From positions 50,598 through 114,597 of the forward strand of contig CBIMES010000001.1 of NCBI GenBank assembly GCA_966243015.1: 64,000 bases of DNA, read 5' to 3'. Shown here one piece after another: positions 25,862 through 35,369 of this stretch (position 1 is its first letter; each line of letters starts with the position of its first letter). The position numbers and the translations under genes were made by a program. The notes beneath the pieces were generated by a model that had not been told where the DNA came from, made no database searches, and saw nothing but the letters and a program-made list of their open reading frames with translations. This DNA comes from an uncultured bacterium (GTDB taxonomy: Bacteria; Patescibacteriota; Minisyncoccia; Phycocordibacterales; UBA6065).

Positions 25862-28035
25862 GTTTCGATGATGAGGGGCTTCTTATCGCTGATCGGAAGG
25901 TCTTTCCAGATTTCCTCGGTGACGAACGGCATGAACGGGTGAAGGGTCTTGAGTATGAGCTCGAGAGTGTGGAGGAGGAACTGCTGTCGCGACGACCTCT
26001 CGGCGTCGGTGCCTGTGGCGAGGATGCCCTTGCTCTCCTCGAGAATCTGGTCGGCGAAGGTGTTCCAGGCGTACGCGTAGAGCTTCTCGCCCACGAGATA
26101 GAACTTGTACTCATTCATCTCCTTGGTGATCTCGGCGACGAGGGCGTCCTGCTCGATGATGAGCGCGGCGTCTCGCTCGCTCCATGCCGTGAAGCCCCTG
26201 TCGAGAGAGATGGTCTCGGTCGACGAGAGGACGAAGCGGGTGATGTTCCAGAGCTTGTTGGCGAAGTTCTTATAGGCGCGGATCTTGTCCTCGGACATTT
26301 TGGTGTCGTTGCCGGGGCCCGTGCCGATAATGAGCGACATGCGCACGGCGTCGGTTCCGTACTTCTTGCTCATCTCGAGCGGATCGATGATGTTGCCGAG
26401 AGACTTCGACATCTTGCGTCCCTGACCGTCGCGGACAAGTCCGTGAAGGTACACGGTCCTGAACGGGATGGTGTCGAGAAGGTAGGTCGACATGAGGATC
26501 ATGCGGGCGACCCAGAAGAAGAGGATGTCGTAGCCCGTCTCGAGAACCGCGGTCGGGTGATAGGTACGGAGATCCTCGGTGTTGTCAGGCCAGCCGAGCG
26601 TTGAGAAGGTCCAGAGGCCCGACGAGAACCAGGTATCGAGGGTATCCTCGTCCTGGACCCAGCCTTCGCCCGGTGACACGGTGCCGAATCGTGCCTCTTC
26701 GCCCTTGTACCAGACAGGGATGCGGTGTCCGAACCAGATCTGGCGGGAGATGCACCAGTCAGCCAGGTTGTTGATCCAGTTGCTGTAGACGCGCTGGAAG
26801 TTCTCGGGAATGATCTCGATGTGTCGGTCGCCTGGCTCGAGGACTTCGAGCATGAGCTCCTTGAGTGACTTGTTGCCGCGCGCCGCGATCTTCTTGTTCA
26901 CGTCGATGAACCACTGCAGTTTCGGCAATGGCTCGACGATGCCGCCCGTTCGCTCGGCGGTGGACATGTTCTGGGCGATCTCTTCCTCCTTCTCGAGGAG
27001 GCCCTGCTCCTTGAGCCAGGTTACGACGATCTCGCGAGCCTCGGTAGTTTTCTTGCCGGCGAGGAGGGGTGACGAGACGCTCATCTTGGCGAACTCGTTA
27101 ATGACGGGGACGAGAGGGAGGTTGTGTCGCTGGGCGATGTCATAGTCGACGTGGCTGTGTGCCGGGGTGACGCCGACGGCCCCGGTGCCGAACTCGGGGT
27201 TTACCTCGCTGTCGCCGACGATCTTCACGTGGATCTTCTCGCCCGCGAAGTCGATGTCGTACTCGGTGCCGATGAGGTGCTTGTAGCGCGCGTCGTCAGG
27301 GTGAACGGCGACGCCCGTGTCGCCGACCTTGGTCTCGGGTCGCGTCGTGGCGATGGAGATAGGAAAGTCCTTTGAATATTTAAATGTGTAGAGCTTGCCC
27401 TTGCCCTCGACGTAGGTGATCTCGTCGTCGGAGATGGTGGTCTGGCCTTTCGGGTCCCAGTTGACCACGCGGTACTTGCGGTAGATGAGCCCGTCCTCGT
27501 ACATGCGACGGAAGGTCTCGTACACTGCCTTTTCGCGCTTCTCGTCGAGCGTGTACGCCTCGCGCGACCAGTCGATGGACGCGCCCATCTTCTTCACCTG
27601 ATTGGTGATGGTGTCGTGGCTCTGTTGGGCGAACTCGCGGACGCGGCGGAGGAGTTCTTCTCGGCCGAGGTCCTGTCGTCGCTTGCCCTCCTTCTTGTAG
27701 ATCTCGCCCTCAACCTTTGACTGGGTGGCGATGGCGGCGTGGTCGGTGCCGGGAATCCAAAGCGTCTTGAAGCCCATCATACGCTTGAAGCGAACCATGA
27801 TGTCCTCAATCACAAGCATCGAAGCGTGTCCGATATGAAGGGTTCCCGTCACGTTCGGCGGCGGAAGCACGATCGAAAATGGCGTCTTGTGTCGCTCGGG
27901 GAGATTGTCCGGATTGAAATAGCCGCTGTCGACCCATGCCTGGTAGATGGCGTCCTCGCTGGCCTCGGGATTGTACGGCTTGAGGAATTTCGCAGGAATG
28001 TTGGGCTCCTGGTAGGGCTTGTTATCCGGGTTCAT
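25849..28035 (-). CDS. valS: Valine--tRNA ligase (compact; no C-terminal coiled coil)
   Basis: PPPNVTGTLHIGH, GTDHAAIATQ, WCISRQIWFGH, KMSKS. Confidence 0.97.
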   Translation of the reverse strand: MNPDNKPYQEPNIPAKFLKPYNPEASEDAIYQAWVDSGYFNPDNLPERHKTPFSIVLPPPNVTGTLHIGHASMLVIEDIMVRFKRMMGFKTLWIPGTDHAAIATQSKVEGEIYKKEGKRRQDLGREELLRRVREFAQQSHDTITNQVKKMGASIDWSREAYTLDEKREKAVYETFRRMYEDGLIYRKYRVVNWDPKGQTTISDDEITYVEGKGKLYTFKYSKDFPISIATTRPETKVGDTGVAVHPDDARYKHLIGTEYDIDFAGEKIHVKIVGDSEVNPEFGTGAVGVTPAHSHVDYDIAQRHNLPLVPVINEFAKMSVSSPLLAGKKTTEAREIVVTWLKEQGLLEKEEEIAQNMSTAERTGGIVEPLPKLQWFIDVNKKIAARGNKSLKELMLEVLEPGDRHIEIIPENFQRVYSNWINNLADWCISRQIWFGHRIPVWYKGEEARFGTVSPGEGWVQDEDTLDTWFSSGLWTFSTLGWPDNTEDLRTYHPTAVLETGYDILFFWVARMILMSTYLLDTIPFRTVYLHGLVRDGQGRKMSKSLGNIIDPLEMSKKYGTDAVRMSLIIGTGPGNDTKMSEDKIRAYKNFANKLWNITRFVLSSTETISLDRGFTAWSERDAALIIEQDALVAEITKEMNEYKFYLVGEKLYAYAWNTFADQILEESKGILATGTDAERSSRQQFLLHTLELILKTLHPFMPFVTEEIWKDLPISDKKPLIIETWPS

Positions 28036-28091
28036 AGATGCGCTTCATGATATCAAAAAACACTGGTTTTTCCAGTGTTTTCGGTGCGTGT

Positions 28092-29321
28092 CTAGTCTTG
28101 TGCGGTCCGTGGCCCGATGGGCAGGGTGCCGTACGCCTTGAGCTCTGCGCCCGGTGTGAGAGCCTCGGCCCGCCTGAAGTATCCGGCGAGGGCAATCATG
28201 AGCGCGTTGTCCGTGGAGTGGTCGGTCTGGGGCAGGAGGATGCGAAGGCCGAAGTCCTGGGCCATAGACTCGAGAGCCGAGCGGATGTGGGCGTTGGCGA
28301 TGACTCCTCCGCCGATGATGACGGTCTCGACGGCGAACTCCTCGGCGGCGCGTCGCATCTTGGCGACAAGCACGTCCGTCATGGCGTCCTCGGCCTCGCG
28401 GGCAACGCCTTTGATCTGGTCGGGCGTGAGGGTCGCTCCGTTCTCGGTCAGCTTCTTGGTGAGGTAGAGGACGGCGGTCTTGAGTCCCGAGAACGAGAAG
28501 TCAAAGTCCTTACTCGATATCATCGGGCGAGGCAGAGGCTCGGGGCTCTCGATGCCCGCGGCTCGCGCCTCTGCCGCGAGAGCGGAAATCTTCGGGCCTC
28601 CCGGATACGGCAGGCCGAGCATGCGGGCGATCTTGTCGAAGCATTCGCCGACGGCGTCGTCGCGGGTCTCGCCGACGATCTTGTACGAGCCAACCTTGTC
28701 CATGAGGACAATCTGAGTGTGTCCGCCCGAGATGAGAAGGGAAAGCGCCGGGTACATGATTCGACGGTCGAGGAGGTCGTAGAGGGCGCGACCGTTGTCC
28801 TCGCCCTTGTCGATGCGCGAGACGAGGGCCGCGAGGATGTGTCCCTCCATGTGGTTCGCGGCGACGAGCGGGATGTTCCAGACAATCGAAAGGGCTCGGG
28901 CAAAGTTGATGCCGACCCAGAGGGCTGGCGTGAGGCCAGGGCCAACGGTGACGCTGATGAGGTCGATGAGGGGCTTCCGTACAGTTGGTATGAAAGCCTT
29001 GAGCGCCTCGAGAAGCTCCGGCTCGTAGGTGAAAAGGCTGTTGAGGACGGGCAGGAGGTCTGGGGTAATTGCACCCGGCTCGTCAGGGGTCACGGCCTCG
29101 AGCGCCCCGGCCTGCTCGAGGGTTCGGGCGAGGACGGGCACGAGGTTCTTGGCATGCTCGCGCTTGGCGAGGTTGGGAAAGACTCCGCCGTACGGGGAGT
29201 GGACGTCAATCTGCGAGTGCACCGTGTTGCCGAGTATGCGGACGGAGTTGGTGTCGTCGTGGGCCTCGATGAGGCTTGCCGCTGTCTCGTCGCATGATGT
29301 TTCTATGCCGAGTATGCGCAT
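28092..29321 (-). CDS. tsaD: tRNA N6-threonylcarbamoyltransferase TsaD
   Basis: ILGIETSCDET, NHMEGH, ISGGHT, DDAVGECFDK, FSFSGLKT, TDNALMIA. Confidence 0.96.
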   Translation of the reverse strand: MRILGIETSCDETAASLIEAHDDTNSVRILGNTVHSQIDVHSPYGGVFPNLAKREHAKNLVPVLARTLEQAGALEAVTPDEPGAITPDLLPVLNSLFTYEPELLEALKAFIPTVRKPLIDLISVTVGPGLTPALWVGINFARALSIVWNIPLVAANHMEGHILAALVSRIDKGEDNGRALYDLLDRRIMYPALSLLISGGHTQIVLMDKVGSYKIVGETRDDAVGECFDKIARMLGLPYPGGPKISALAAEARAAGIESPEPLPRPMISSKDFDFSFSGLKTAVLYLTKKLTENGATLTPDQIKGVAREAEDAMTDVLVAKMRRAAEEFAVETVIIGGGVIANAHIRSALESMAQDFGLRILLPQTDHSTDNALMIALAGYFRRAEALTPGAELKAYGTLPIGPRTAQD

Positions 29322-29344
29322 GGGTTTTAGAGTGGAAACTGCTG

Positions 29345-29417
29345 TGCGCGGTATAGGACTTGAACCTATGACCCTCTCAACGTCAATGAGATGCTCTACC
29401 AACTGAGCTAACCGCGC
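29345..29417 (-). tRNA. tRNA-Val(GAC)
   Basis: Cloverleaf; TCTCA-TTGACGT-TGAGA. Confidence 0.95.
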
Positions 29418-29473
29418 GTACCGATTACTTTACACTATCGGACGGCTTTATCAAGCCCCGTCAGTCTCTGGGC

Positions 29474-29803
29474 CTATTTCGCCGGCGGCGCGTCCTTCGG
29501 CCTGTCGAACTTCTCGGAGAGCTTCTTGATGCCGAAATACACGACTGCCGCGAGGATGAGGAAGTTTATGAGAAGAGAGAGGAACTTGCCGTATCCGATG
29601 ACCGTGTCGCCAATCGTGAGCGACATCGAGGCGAGGTCAGGGAAGTTGTGGAGGGCGAGTCCGATAAGGGGATTAACAATGTCGTTCACGAACGATCCAA
29701 CCAGGTCGGAGACCGCCCGGCCGAGGATGAAACCTATTGCGAAGCCCGCCACGCCCTGCGTGCGGACGAAGTGGAAGAATCCTGAAAGCTGTTCCTTTAT
29801 CAT
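29474..29803 (-). CDS. mscL: Large-conductance mechanosensitive channel
   Basis: FAIGFILG..VGSFVNDIVNPLIG, YGKFLSLLINFLI. Confidence 0.88.
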   Translation of the reverse strand: MIKEQLSGFFHFVRTQGVAGFAIGFILGRAVSDLVGSFVNDIVNPLIGLALHNFPDLASMSLTIGDTVIGYGKFLSLLINFLILAAVVYFGIKKLSEKFDRPKDAPPAK

Positions 29804-29839
29804 GATCTTATTCTAAGACGGAGGGCCGCGTGCCGTCCA

Positions 29840-30076
29840 TTACCCGCGTATCGCGAATACCTTGTCCCGGCTCGTGTCCCCTTTGACGAGCGATATGCGC
29901 GACAAGGGTACGTCGAGGCGCTCTGATATGAGTTTGGCTGCACGTTCGTTCGCCCGGCCCTTCTCGGGAGGCACGTTGACTTTTACCTTGAATGAGTCTG
30001 GGCCGATTTCCTCGACCGATTCCTTGCGGGCGTTGGGTGTGACCCTGACGGTGATGATGCGCTGGGACGACTTCAT
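29840..30076 (-). CDS. DUF167/YggU-family protein
   Basis: VRVTPNARK, PPEKGRAN, KGDTSRDK. Confidence 0.9.
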   Translation of the reverse strand: MKSSQRIITVRVTPNARKESVEEIGPDSFKVKVNVPPEKGRANERAAKLISERLDVPLSRISLVKGDTSRDKVFAIRG

Positions 30077-30108
30077 GGGGAGTCTGCTGGTTCCAGGGAA
30101 CCGTGTTG

Positions 30109-30195
30109 CGGAGAGGGGGAGATTCGAACTCCCGAGACCCTTTCGAGCCTGTCAGTTTTCGAAACTGATGCATTCGACCACTCTGCCACCTCTCC
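30109..30195 (-). tRNA. tRNA-Ser(CGA)
   Basis: Long variable arm; TCAGT-TTCGAAA-ACTGA. Confidence 0.95.
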
Positions 30196-30275
30196 AGGTG
30201 CCTATCTTGAATGGCTCGAACATACTCTCACATTTTTGAGATTTTTTCAAAGAGTGCTATATTTCGAGGCGTTCC

Positions 30276-30347
30276 GGCCCTATCGTCTAATGGTTAGGAC
30301 ACGGGCTTTTCAAGCCTGTAATCCGGGTTCGATTCCCGGTAGGGTCA
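30276..30347 (+). tRNA. tRNA-Glu(TTC)
   Basis: CGGGC-TTTTCAA-GCCTG anticodon arm; GTTCGATTC T-arm. Confidence 0.95.
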
Positions 30348-30384
30348 CATCGTAAAGGCTCGGCGCCTGTTATAATTGCCGCAT

Positions 30385-30549
30385 ATGAAGATAATCAAAA
30401 TAGTGCATCTGACCTTGGCGTCTGTATCGGGCCTGCTCCTTATCTCGTATGGAGGGGTAGATGACAGTCCCGGTGCGCAAGGCATAGGGCTCTTGACCAT
30501 TTTGGCGAGCGTGTTTATCGTCTTTCACATCCTCGTTTCTAAGAAATAA
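30385..30549 (+). CDS. Small 2-TM protein (54 aa, GGVDDSPGAQ loop), below the ORF-track cutoff
   Basis: MKIIKIVHLTLASVSGLLLISYGGVDDSPGAQGIGLLTILASVFIVFHILVSKK; TATAAT upstream. Confidence 0.7.
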   Translation: MKIIKIVHLTLASVSGLLLISYGGVDDSPGAQGIGLLTILASVFIVFHILVSKK

Positions 30550-30576
30550 AAGGCTCACTCCACTGAGCCTTTTATT
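30545..30576. repeat. AAAAGGCTCA...TGAGCCTTTT hairpin, copy 2
   Basis: AATAAAAGGCTCA-CTCCAC-TGAGCCTTTTATT. Confidence 0.7.
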
Positions 30577-30689
30577 CCGGCTTAGCCACGGGCCCTTTCG
30601 GTACCTTGTCTCACAAGGTACCGACGGGCTATACTGAAAAGGCAAAAGGGTAGTACTATAGAAGGGAACCAATTCATAACATCACATTC

Positions 30690-32120
30690 ATGTTCGCACG
30701 CATCAGGAAACACAGGACTCTGGCAATTGTTATCGGCGCAGTCGTATTGATCATCGGGGCGGCCATGGCATTCGGCGGAGGCTCCAAGAACGGTAACGAG
30801 ACGGTATCCGCCGTCAGGAAGGATCTCGTGAAGACCGTCAGGGTCAGTGGCAAGGTTGCTGCCCAGGACGACGCCGCCCTTGGCTTCGAGATCGGCGGCA
30901 CCGTCGCGCGCGTATACAAGAAAGTCGGTGACCCTGTCCGCGCCGGCGAGGCTCTCGTGGCCCTCGACGCCGCGGGTACCAACGCGGACCTTCTCAAGGC
31001 CCAGGCGGACCTCGCCTCCGCCGAGGCGGAGCTTGCCCGACTCCAGGGCTCTGCCCAGTTCGAGGCCAAGACCGAGAACGCGAAGTCTTCCGCCCAGCAG
31101 TCCATCGACGACGCCTTCACCCAGGTCGACGACGCGATCCGCAACAGGATAGACCAGTTCTTCAGGAATCCTCGAACCTCGAATCCCGAGATCATCGTCG
31201 CATTCAACGACGAGAACGGCCTCAGGGCGTCGGTCAACGCGCAGCGCGTGGCCGTCGAGGAGATTCTGACGAAGTGGAAGGCGTCCCGACCCGACATTTC
31301 GACCGCCCGGGCCTATATCGCCACGGTCTCCGGGTTCCTCAACGACGTGTCGCGAGCCGTGAACACCTTCGAGCCAAATTCATCGCTCACCCAGGCAACT
31401 ATCGACAAGTACAAGGCTGACGTGGCGACCGCCCGACAGAACGTGAACACCTCTTCGGCGGCACTCCTTTCCGCCGAGGACACCCTGAGCCAGTCTCTCT
31501 CTGACGTGCCAGTGCAGGTGTCGCGCGTCGAGGCCGCCCGCGCCACCGTCCAGAGTTTCCAGTCCAGCGTCTCTCGCTCGGTCATCGTCTCGCCGATTAC
31601 CGGCATTGTCTCGAAGCAGGACGCCAAGGTTGGCCAGGCTGTTTCCCCTAATGCCGTCCTCGTCTCGGTCATAAGCAAAGACTACAAGATCGACGCCTAC
31701 GTTCCGGAGGTGTCTATCGCCGGCATCGCCCTCGGCAACACGGCGACCGCGACCCTTGACGCTTACGGTTCGTCGGTTCCGTTCAAGGCAAAGGTATCTC
31801 ACATTGATCCTGCCGAGACCGTTCGCGACGGCGTCTCCAACTACAAGATCGAGCTCTCGTTCGACGAATCGGACGCTCGCGTGAAGTCCGGCATGACGGC
31901 CAACGTGAGCATCGAGACCCTTCGCACGGCGCAGGCCCTCTCGGTTCCTCTCCGCTCGGTTCTCACCAAGGATGATGGGGTCAGGGTCGTGTTCGTGAAG
32001 GTTGGCGACGACTCCGTCGAGCGCGAGGTGGAGACCGGCGTGTCGGACTCGGAGGGCAACGTGGAGATCGTCTCGGGACTGACCGAGGGCGAGACCGTGC
32101 TCCTTAACCCAACCAACTAG
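30690..32120 (+). CDS. Efflux membrane-fusion (MacA/HlyD-like) adaptor
   Basis: Lipoyl halves VGDPVRAGEALV and IVSPITGIV, long hairpin, VKSGMTANV. Confidence 0.92.
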   Translation: MFARIRKHRTLAIVIGAVVLIIGAAMAFGGGSKNGNETVSAVRKDLVKTVRVSGKVAAQDDAALGFEIGGTVARVYKKVGDPVRAGEALVALDAAGTNADLLKAQADLASAEAELARLQGSAQFEAKTENAKSSAQQSIDDAFTQVDDAIRNRIDQFFRNPRTSNPEIIVAFNDENGLRASVNAQRVAVEEILTKWKASRPDISTARAYIATVSGFLNDVSRAVNTFEPNSSLTQATIDKYKADVATARQNVNTSSAALLSAEDTLSQSLSDVPVQVSRVEAARATVQSFQSSVSRSVIVSPITGIVSKQDAKVGQAVSPNAVLVSVISKDYKIDAYVPEVSIAGIALGNTATATLDAYGSSVPFKAKVSHIDPAETVRDGVSNYKIELSFDESDARVKSGMTANVSIETLRTAQALSVPLRSVLTKDDGVRVVFVKVGDDSVEREVETGVSDSEGNVEIVSGLTEGETVLLNPTN

Positions 32121-32122
32121 TA

Positions 32123-33370
32123 ATGCCTCAGTTTATCCGCATTGGATTCTTCCTTGCCCTCAGGCAGATACGCCGGGCGAGCATCTGGACGACGAGCCTG
32201 ATCGTCTTCGTCATGGTCCTGACGTTCCTCAATCTTGTGGTGGTGTCGGGCGTGCTCGTCGGGCTTATCCAGGGAGCCGTGGACGCGAACAAGGTCTACT
32301 ACACGAGCGACGTCATCATCTCGAACCTCTCGAAGAAGGACTACATCGAGAAGAGCCCTCAGGTCATCTCGATCGTCTCAGCGCTGCCCGAGGCTCAGGC
32401 CTACGCGGCCCGCTACCTTCAGAGCGGTCAGATCGAGGCTCACTACAAGGAGGCGACCAAGGACGAGGATATCGAGCGCGCCGGCGGAAGCTTCGTCGGC
32501 ATCGACCCAATCCGCGAGGACCAGGTGACGAATCTGTCCCGATTCGTCGTCGAGGGCGAGTACCTCGCGCCGGACGACTACGATCAGATCATGATCGGCG
32601 CGAACCTCCTCAAGAAGTACCTGCCAATCGAGTCGCCGGGCTTCACGACGCTCTCTGACATCAGTATCGGCGACAAGATACGAATCAAGGTGGGTGACGT
32701 GACTCGCGAGATGACTATCAAGGGCATCGTCAAATCGAAGGTGGACGAGCTGGGCTTCCGCGTCTTCATGGTGGACAGCCAGTTCCGTTCGCTTATCGGC
32801 AGGAATGACTACAACGTGGACGAGATATCAATCAAGCTCAAGCCCGGCTCTGACCCGGTTCTCGTGCGCGACGGATTGCTTCGCGCCGGAGTGGGCGAGC
32901 TCGCTCGCGTGCAGACCTTCGAGGACGCGCAGCCGAAGTTCCTCCAGGACATCAAGGCGACCTTCGCCCTCCTCGGAAACATGATTTCGTCGATCGGCCT
33001 TGCCGTGGCGTCGATTACTATCTTCATCGTCATCTTCATCAACGCGATCACCCGCCGAAAGTTCATCGGCATCATGAAGGGCATTGGCATCAGCGGCACC
33101 GCCATCGAGACCTCGTACGTCTTCCAGTCGATCTTCTACGCCGTCATCGGCTCGACCATTGGCCTTGGCGTGTTGTACCTCATGCTTCAGCCGTATATTG
33201 CCGCGCACCCAATCGACTTCCCGTTCTCTGACGGAATCCTCGTGGCGCCGCTCGACGGAACCCTGTTTCGCATCGGCCTGCTCGTTATCACGACCATCGT
33301 CGCCGGATACATCCCGGCCCGCATGATCGTGCGCAAGAACACCCTTGATTCGATTCTCGGACGAAACTAG
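32123..33370 (+). CDS. ABC permease, FtsX/MacB/LolE family
   Basis: RKFIGIMKGIG, YIPARM, large extracytoplasmic loop. Confidence 0.9.
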   Translation: MPQFIRIGFFLALRQIRRASIWTTSLIVFVMVLTFLNLVVVSGVLVGLIQGAVDANKVYYTSDVIISNLSKKDYIEKSPQVISIVSALPEAQAYAARYLQSGQIEAHYKEATKDEDIERAGGSFVGIDPIREDQVTNLSRFVVEGEYLAPDDYDQIMIGANLLKKYLPIESPGFTTLSDISIGDKIRIKVGDVTREMTIKGIVKSKVDELGFRVFMVDSQFRSLIGRNDYNVDEISIKLKPGSDPVLVRDGLLRAGVGELARVQTFEDAQPKFLQDIKATFALLGNMISSIGLAVASITIFIVIFINAITRRKFIGIMKGIGISGTAIETSYVFQSIFYAVIGSTIGLGVLYLMLQPYIAAHPIDFPFSDGILVAPLDGTLFRIGLLVITTIVAGYIPARMIVRKNTLDSILGRN

Positions 33371-33382
33371 CCCTCACACACC

Positions 33383-34078
33383 ATGCATCCAAACACACAC
33401 AAGCTCATAGACGTCAGGAACCTGAAGAAGACCTTCACCGACGGCGAGAAGCAGACGCATGTGCTCAAGGGCATCGAATTTTCCGTGAACGAGCACGAGT
33501 TCATCGCCATCGTTGGAAGGTCAGGAGCGGGAAAGTCGACGCTCCTCTACCAGCTCTCCCTCCTCGACGAGCCGACTTCGGGCGAGATTTATATCTTCGG
33601 CAAGGACACCCACAACATGAAGCCGGAGCAGAAGACCGTCTTTCGCCTCAACGAGCTTGGCTATGTCTTCCAGGACTACGCGCTTCTGCCCGACCTTACC
33701 GCGGTCGAGAACGTGGCGCTGCCGCTTATGATGCAGGGCAAGGACAAGGCGCATGCATATGCGGAGGCGAAGGCCGCCCTCGAGCGCGTGAAGCTCGGCC
33801 ATCGCCTCGGCAACCTGCCGAGCCAGCTTTCCGGAGGAGAGCAGCAGCGCGTGTCAGTCGCCCGCGCTCTGGCTCACAAGCCAAAGATCCTCTTTGCCGA
33901 TGAGCCGACGGCAAATCTCGACAATGAGTCGTCCCGAACGGTTATGGCGCTTTTCCAGGAGATCTACGCCCAGGGCCAAACCATCATCATGGTTACTCAC
34001 GAGGAGGAGTACGCGAGGATGGCGAAGCGCGTCGTCAGACTCGACGACGGCAGGATAATCAGCGACGAGAGAGATTAG
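33383..34078 (+). CDS. ABC ATP-binding protein (LolD/MacB-like)
   Basis: GRSGAGKST, LSGGEQQRV, ADEPTANLD, VTHE. Confidence 0.95.
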   Translation: MHPNTHKLIDVRNLKKTFTDGEKQTHVLKGIEFSVNEHEFIAIVGRSGAGKSTLLYQLSLLDEPTSGEIYIFGKDTHNMKPEQKTVFRLNELGYVFQDYALLPDLTAVENVALPLMMQGKDKAHAYAEAKAALERVKLGHRLGNLPSQLSGGEQQRVSVARALAHKPKILFADEPTANLDNESSRTVMALFQEIYAQGQTIIMVTHEEEYARMAKRVVRLDDGRIISDERD

Positions 34079-34089
34079 GTTTTGCGGTG

Positions 34090-34119
34090 GAAAGCCGGGG
34101 CCTTGCGGCCCCGGCTTTC
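34090..34119 (+). terminator. Terminator of the ABC operon
   Basis: GAAAGCCGGGGCC-TTGC-GGCCCCGGCTTTC. Confidence 0.75.
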
Positions 34120-34139
34120 ATTTGCTGTATAATCAATCT

Positions 34140-34991
34140 ATGAGGACTTTCGCACATGTAATCGGTGCGCTGATCTTTCTCTCGCCGCTCTGCGCGGGCG
34201 CGGCTGATATTTCGCTTGTGCCCGTTTCGCCGATTCAGGGCGACCCTCTCATGGTTTCCGTCGGCGGTCTCATCGGGTCCACGACCGTGCGCTCGATTGC
34301 CTTCGGCAGCAGGGCCTTGCCCGTGTTTTCATATCAAGGCAGGTCGACGGCGCTTTACGGCATCGACATTCGGGACAAGGTTGGCACGTCTACGGTGACC
34401 GTAATACTCTCTGACGGCTCAGTTTTAAGCAGGCCTGTGTATGTGGGCGAGAGGAGGCGCATCGAAGAGCCGTTTAGAATTCCGGAGAAGCTCGGCGGCA
34501 ACACACAGGCCGCGGCCACGACCCTCGTGAGCACCCTGGCCCGGGAGAACGCGAGCCTGCTTGGCCTTCGCACGGGAACTCATGCCTTCTGGACTCAGCC
34601 GTTTGGGTACCCTGTCGCGAGCCCTGTCGTGACCGACGCCTATGGGTATTCGCGCAACACCGTCGGTACGGTTCTGACGCACAAGGGAACTGATTTCAGG
34701 GCTCCCGAGGGCACGCCGGTGCTCGCCATGAACCGCGGCGTGGTGCGTCTGACGCAGGAGGGCAGGAACTACGGCAAGACCATCATTGTCGATCACGGCC
34801 TCGGCCTCCAGACCTTCTATATGCATCTCTCTAAAATAAACGTGAACGTGGGGGAGTTGGTGTTGCCTGGCCAGGTTATCGGGCTCTCGGGCAAGACGGG
34901 ATACGCCGAGGCGGCGCACCTTCATACGACCGTGCGTATTAATGAGGTGTCGATTGACCCAAAGAGATTTCTCGAGCTGTTCGGAAGATAG
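34140..34991 (+). CDS. M23-family metallopeptidase
   Basis: HKGTD, YMHLS, HLH; signal peptide. Confidence 0.92.
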   Translation: MRTFAHVIGALIFLSPLCAGAADISLVPVSPIQGDPLMVSVGGLIGSTTVRSIAFGSRALPVFSYQGRSTALYGIDIRDKVGTSTVTVILSDGSVLSRPVYVGERRRIEEPFRIPEKLGGNTQAAATTLVSTLARENASLLGLRTGTHAFWTQPFGYPVASPVVTDAYGYSRNTVGTVLTHKGTDFRAPEGTPVLAMNRGVVRLTQEGRNYGKTIIVDHGLGLQTFYMHLSKINVNVGELVLPGQVIGLSGKTGYAEAAHLHTTVRINEVSIDPKRFLELFGR

Positions 34992-34998
34992 ACCAGAT

Positions 34999-35313
34999 TT
35001 ACTGCGTACCTGTGTAATAGAGTGCGAGAGCGGAAATTAGTACGTATAGAAAAAAGATGTAACTTTGTCCGTTCCGTGACACCGGTCGACCAATAGTCTT
35101 GGCAAGCCTTAAAAGCGCAAACATGAATGCCCCCAGCCCAAACATGATTATGGACGTATTCTCTTTGAGGCTGAACCTTGAGGTGAGTGAAATCCAGGGC
35201 ATGCAAATGAAGAAGTACAGGATTATTAAGGAGCTTAGTGTTTTTAGGAACGGGAAAAGCGAACTTCCTTGCACGGTTCCGCTGGAAAATTCTTTGTTAT
35301 TTTGTTCTTGCAT
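34999..35313 (-). CDS. Hypothetical membrane protein, AT-richer than its flanks
   Basis: 3 hydrophobic segments. Confidence 0.5.
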   Translation of the reverse strand: MQEQNNKEFSSGTVQGSSLFPFLKTLSSLIILYFFICMPWISLTSRFSLKENTSIIMFGLGAFMFALLRLAKTIGRPVSRNGQSYIFFLYVLISALALYYTGTQ

Positions 35314-35369
35314 ACGGTAAAGTCTACCCTATCTGGATCTTTTAAACACCTCGGTCATCGGGAGGGTGT

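Noticed and set aside
29322-29402. Extended TsaD N-terminus
   Set aside because: It overlaps tRNA-Val; the canonical start MRILGIETS is at 29321.
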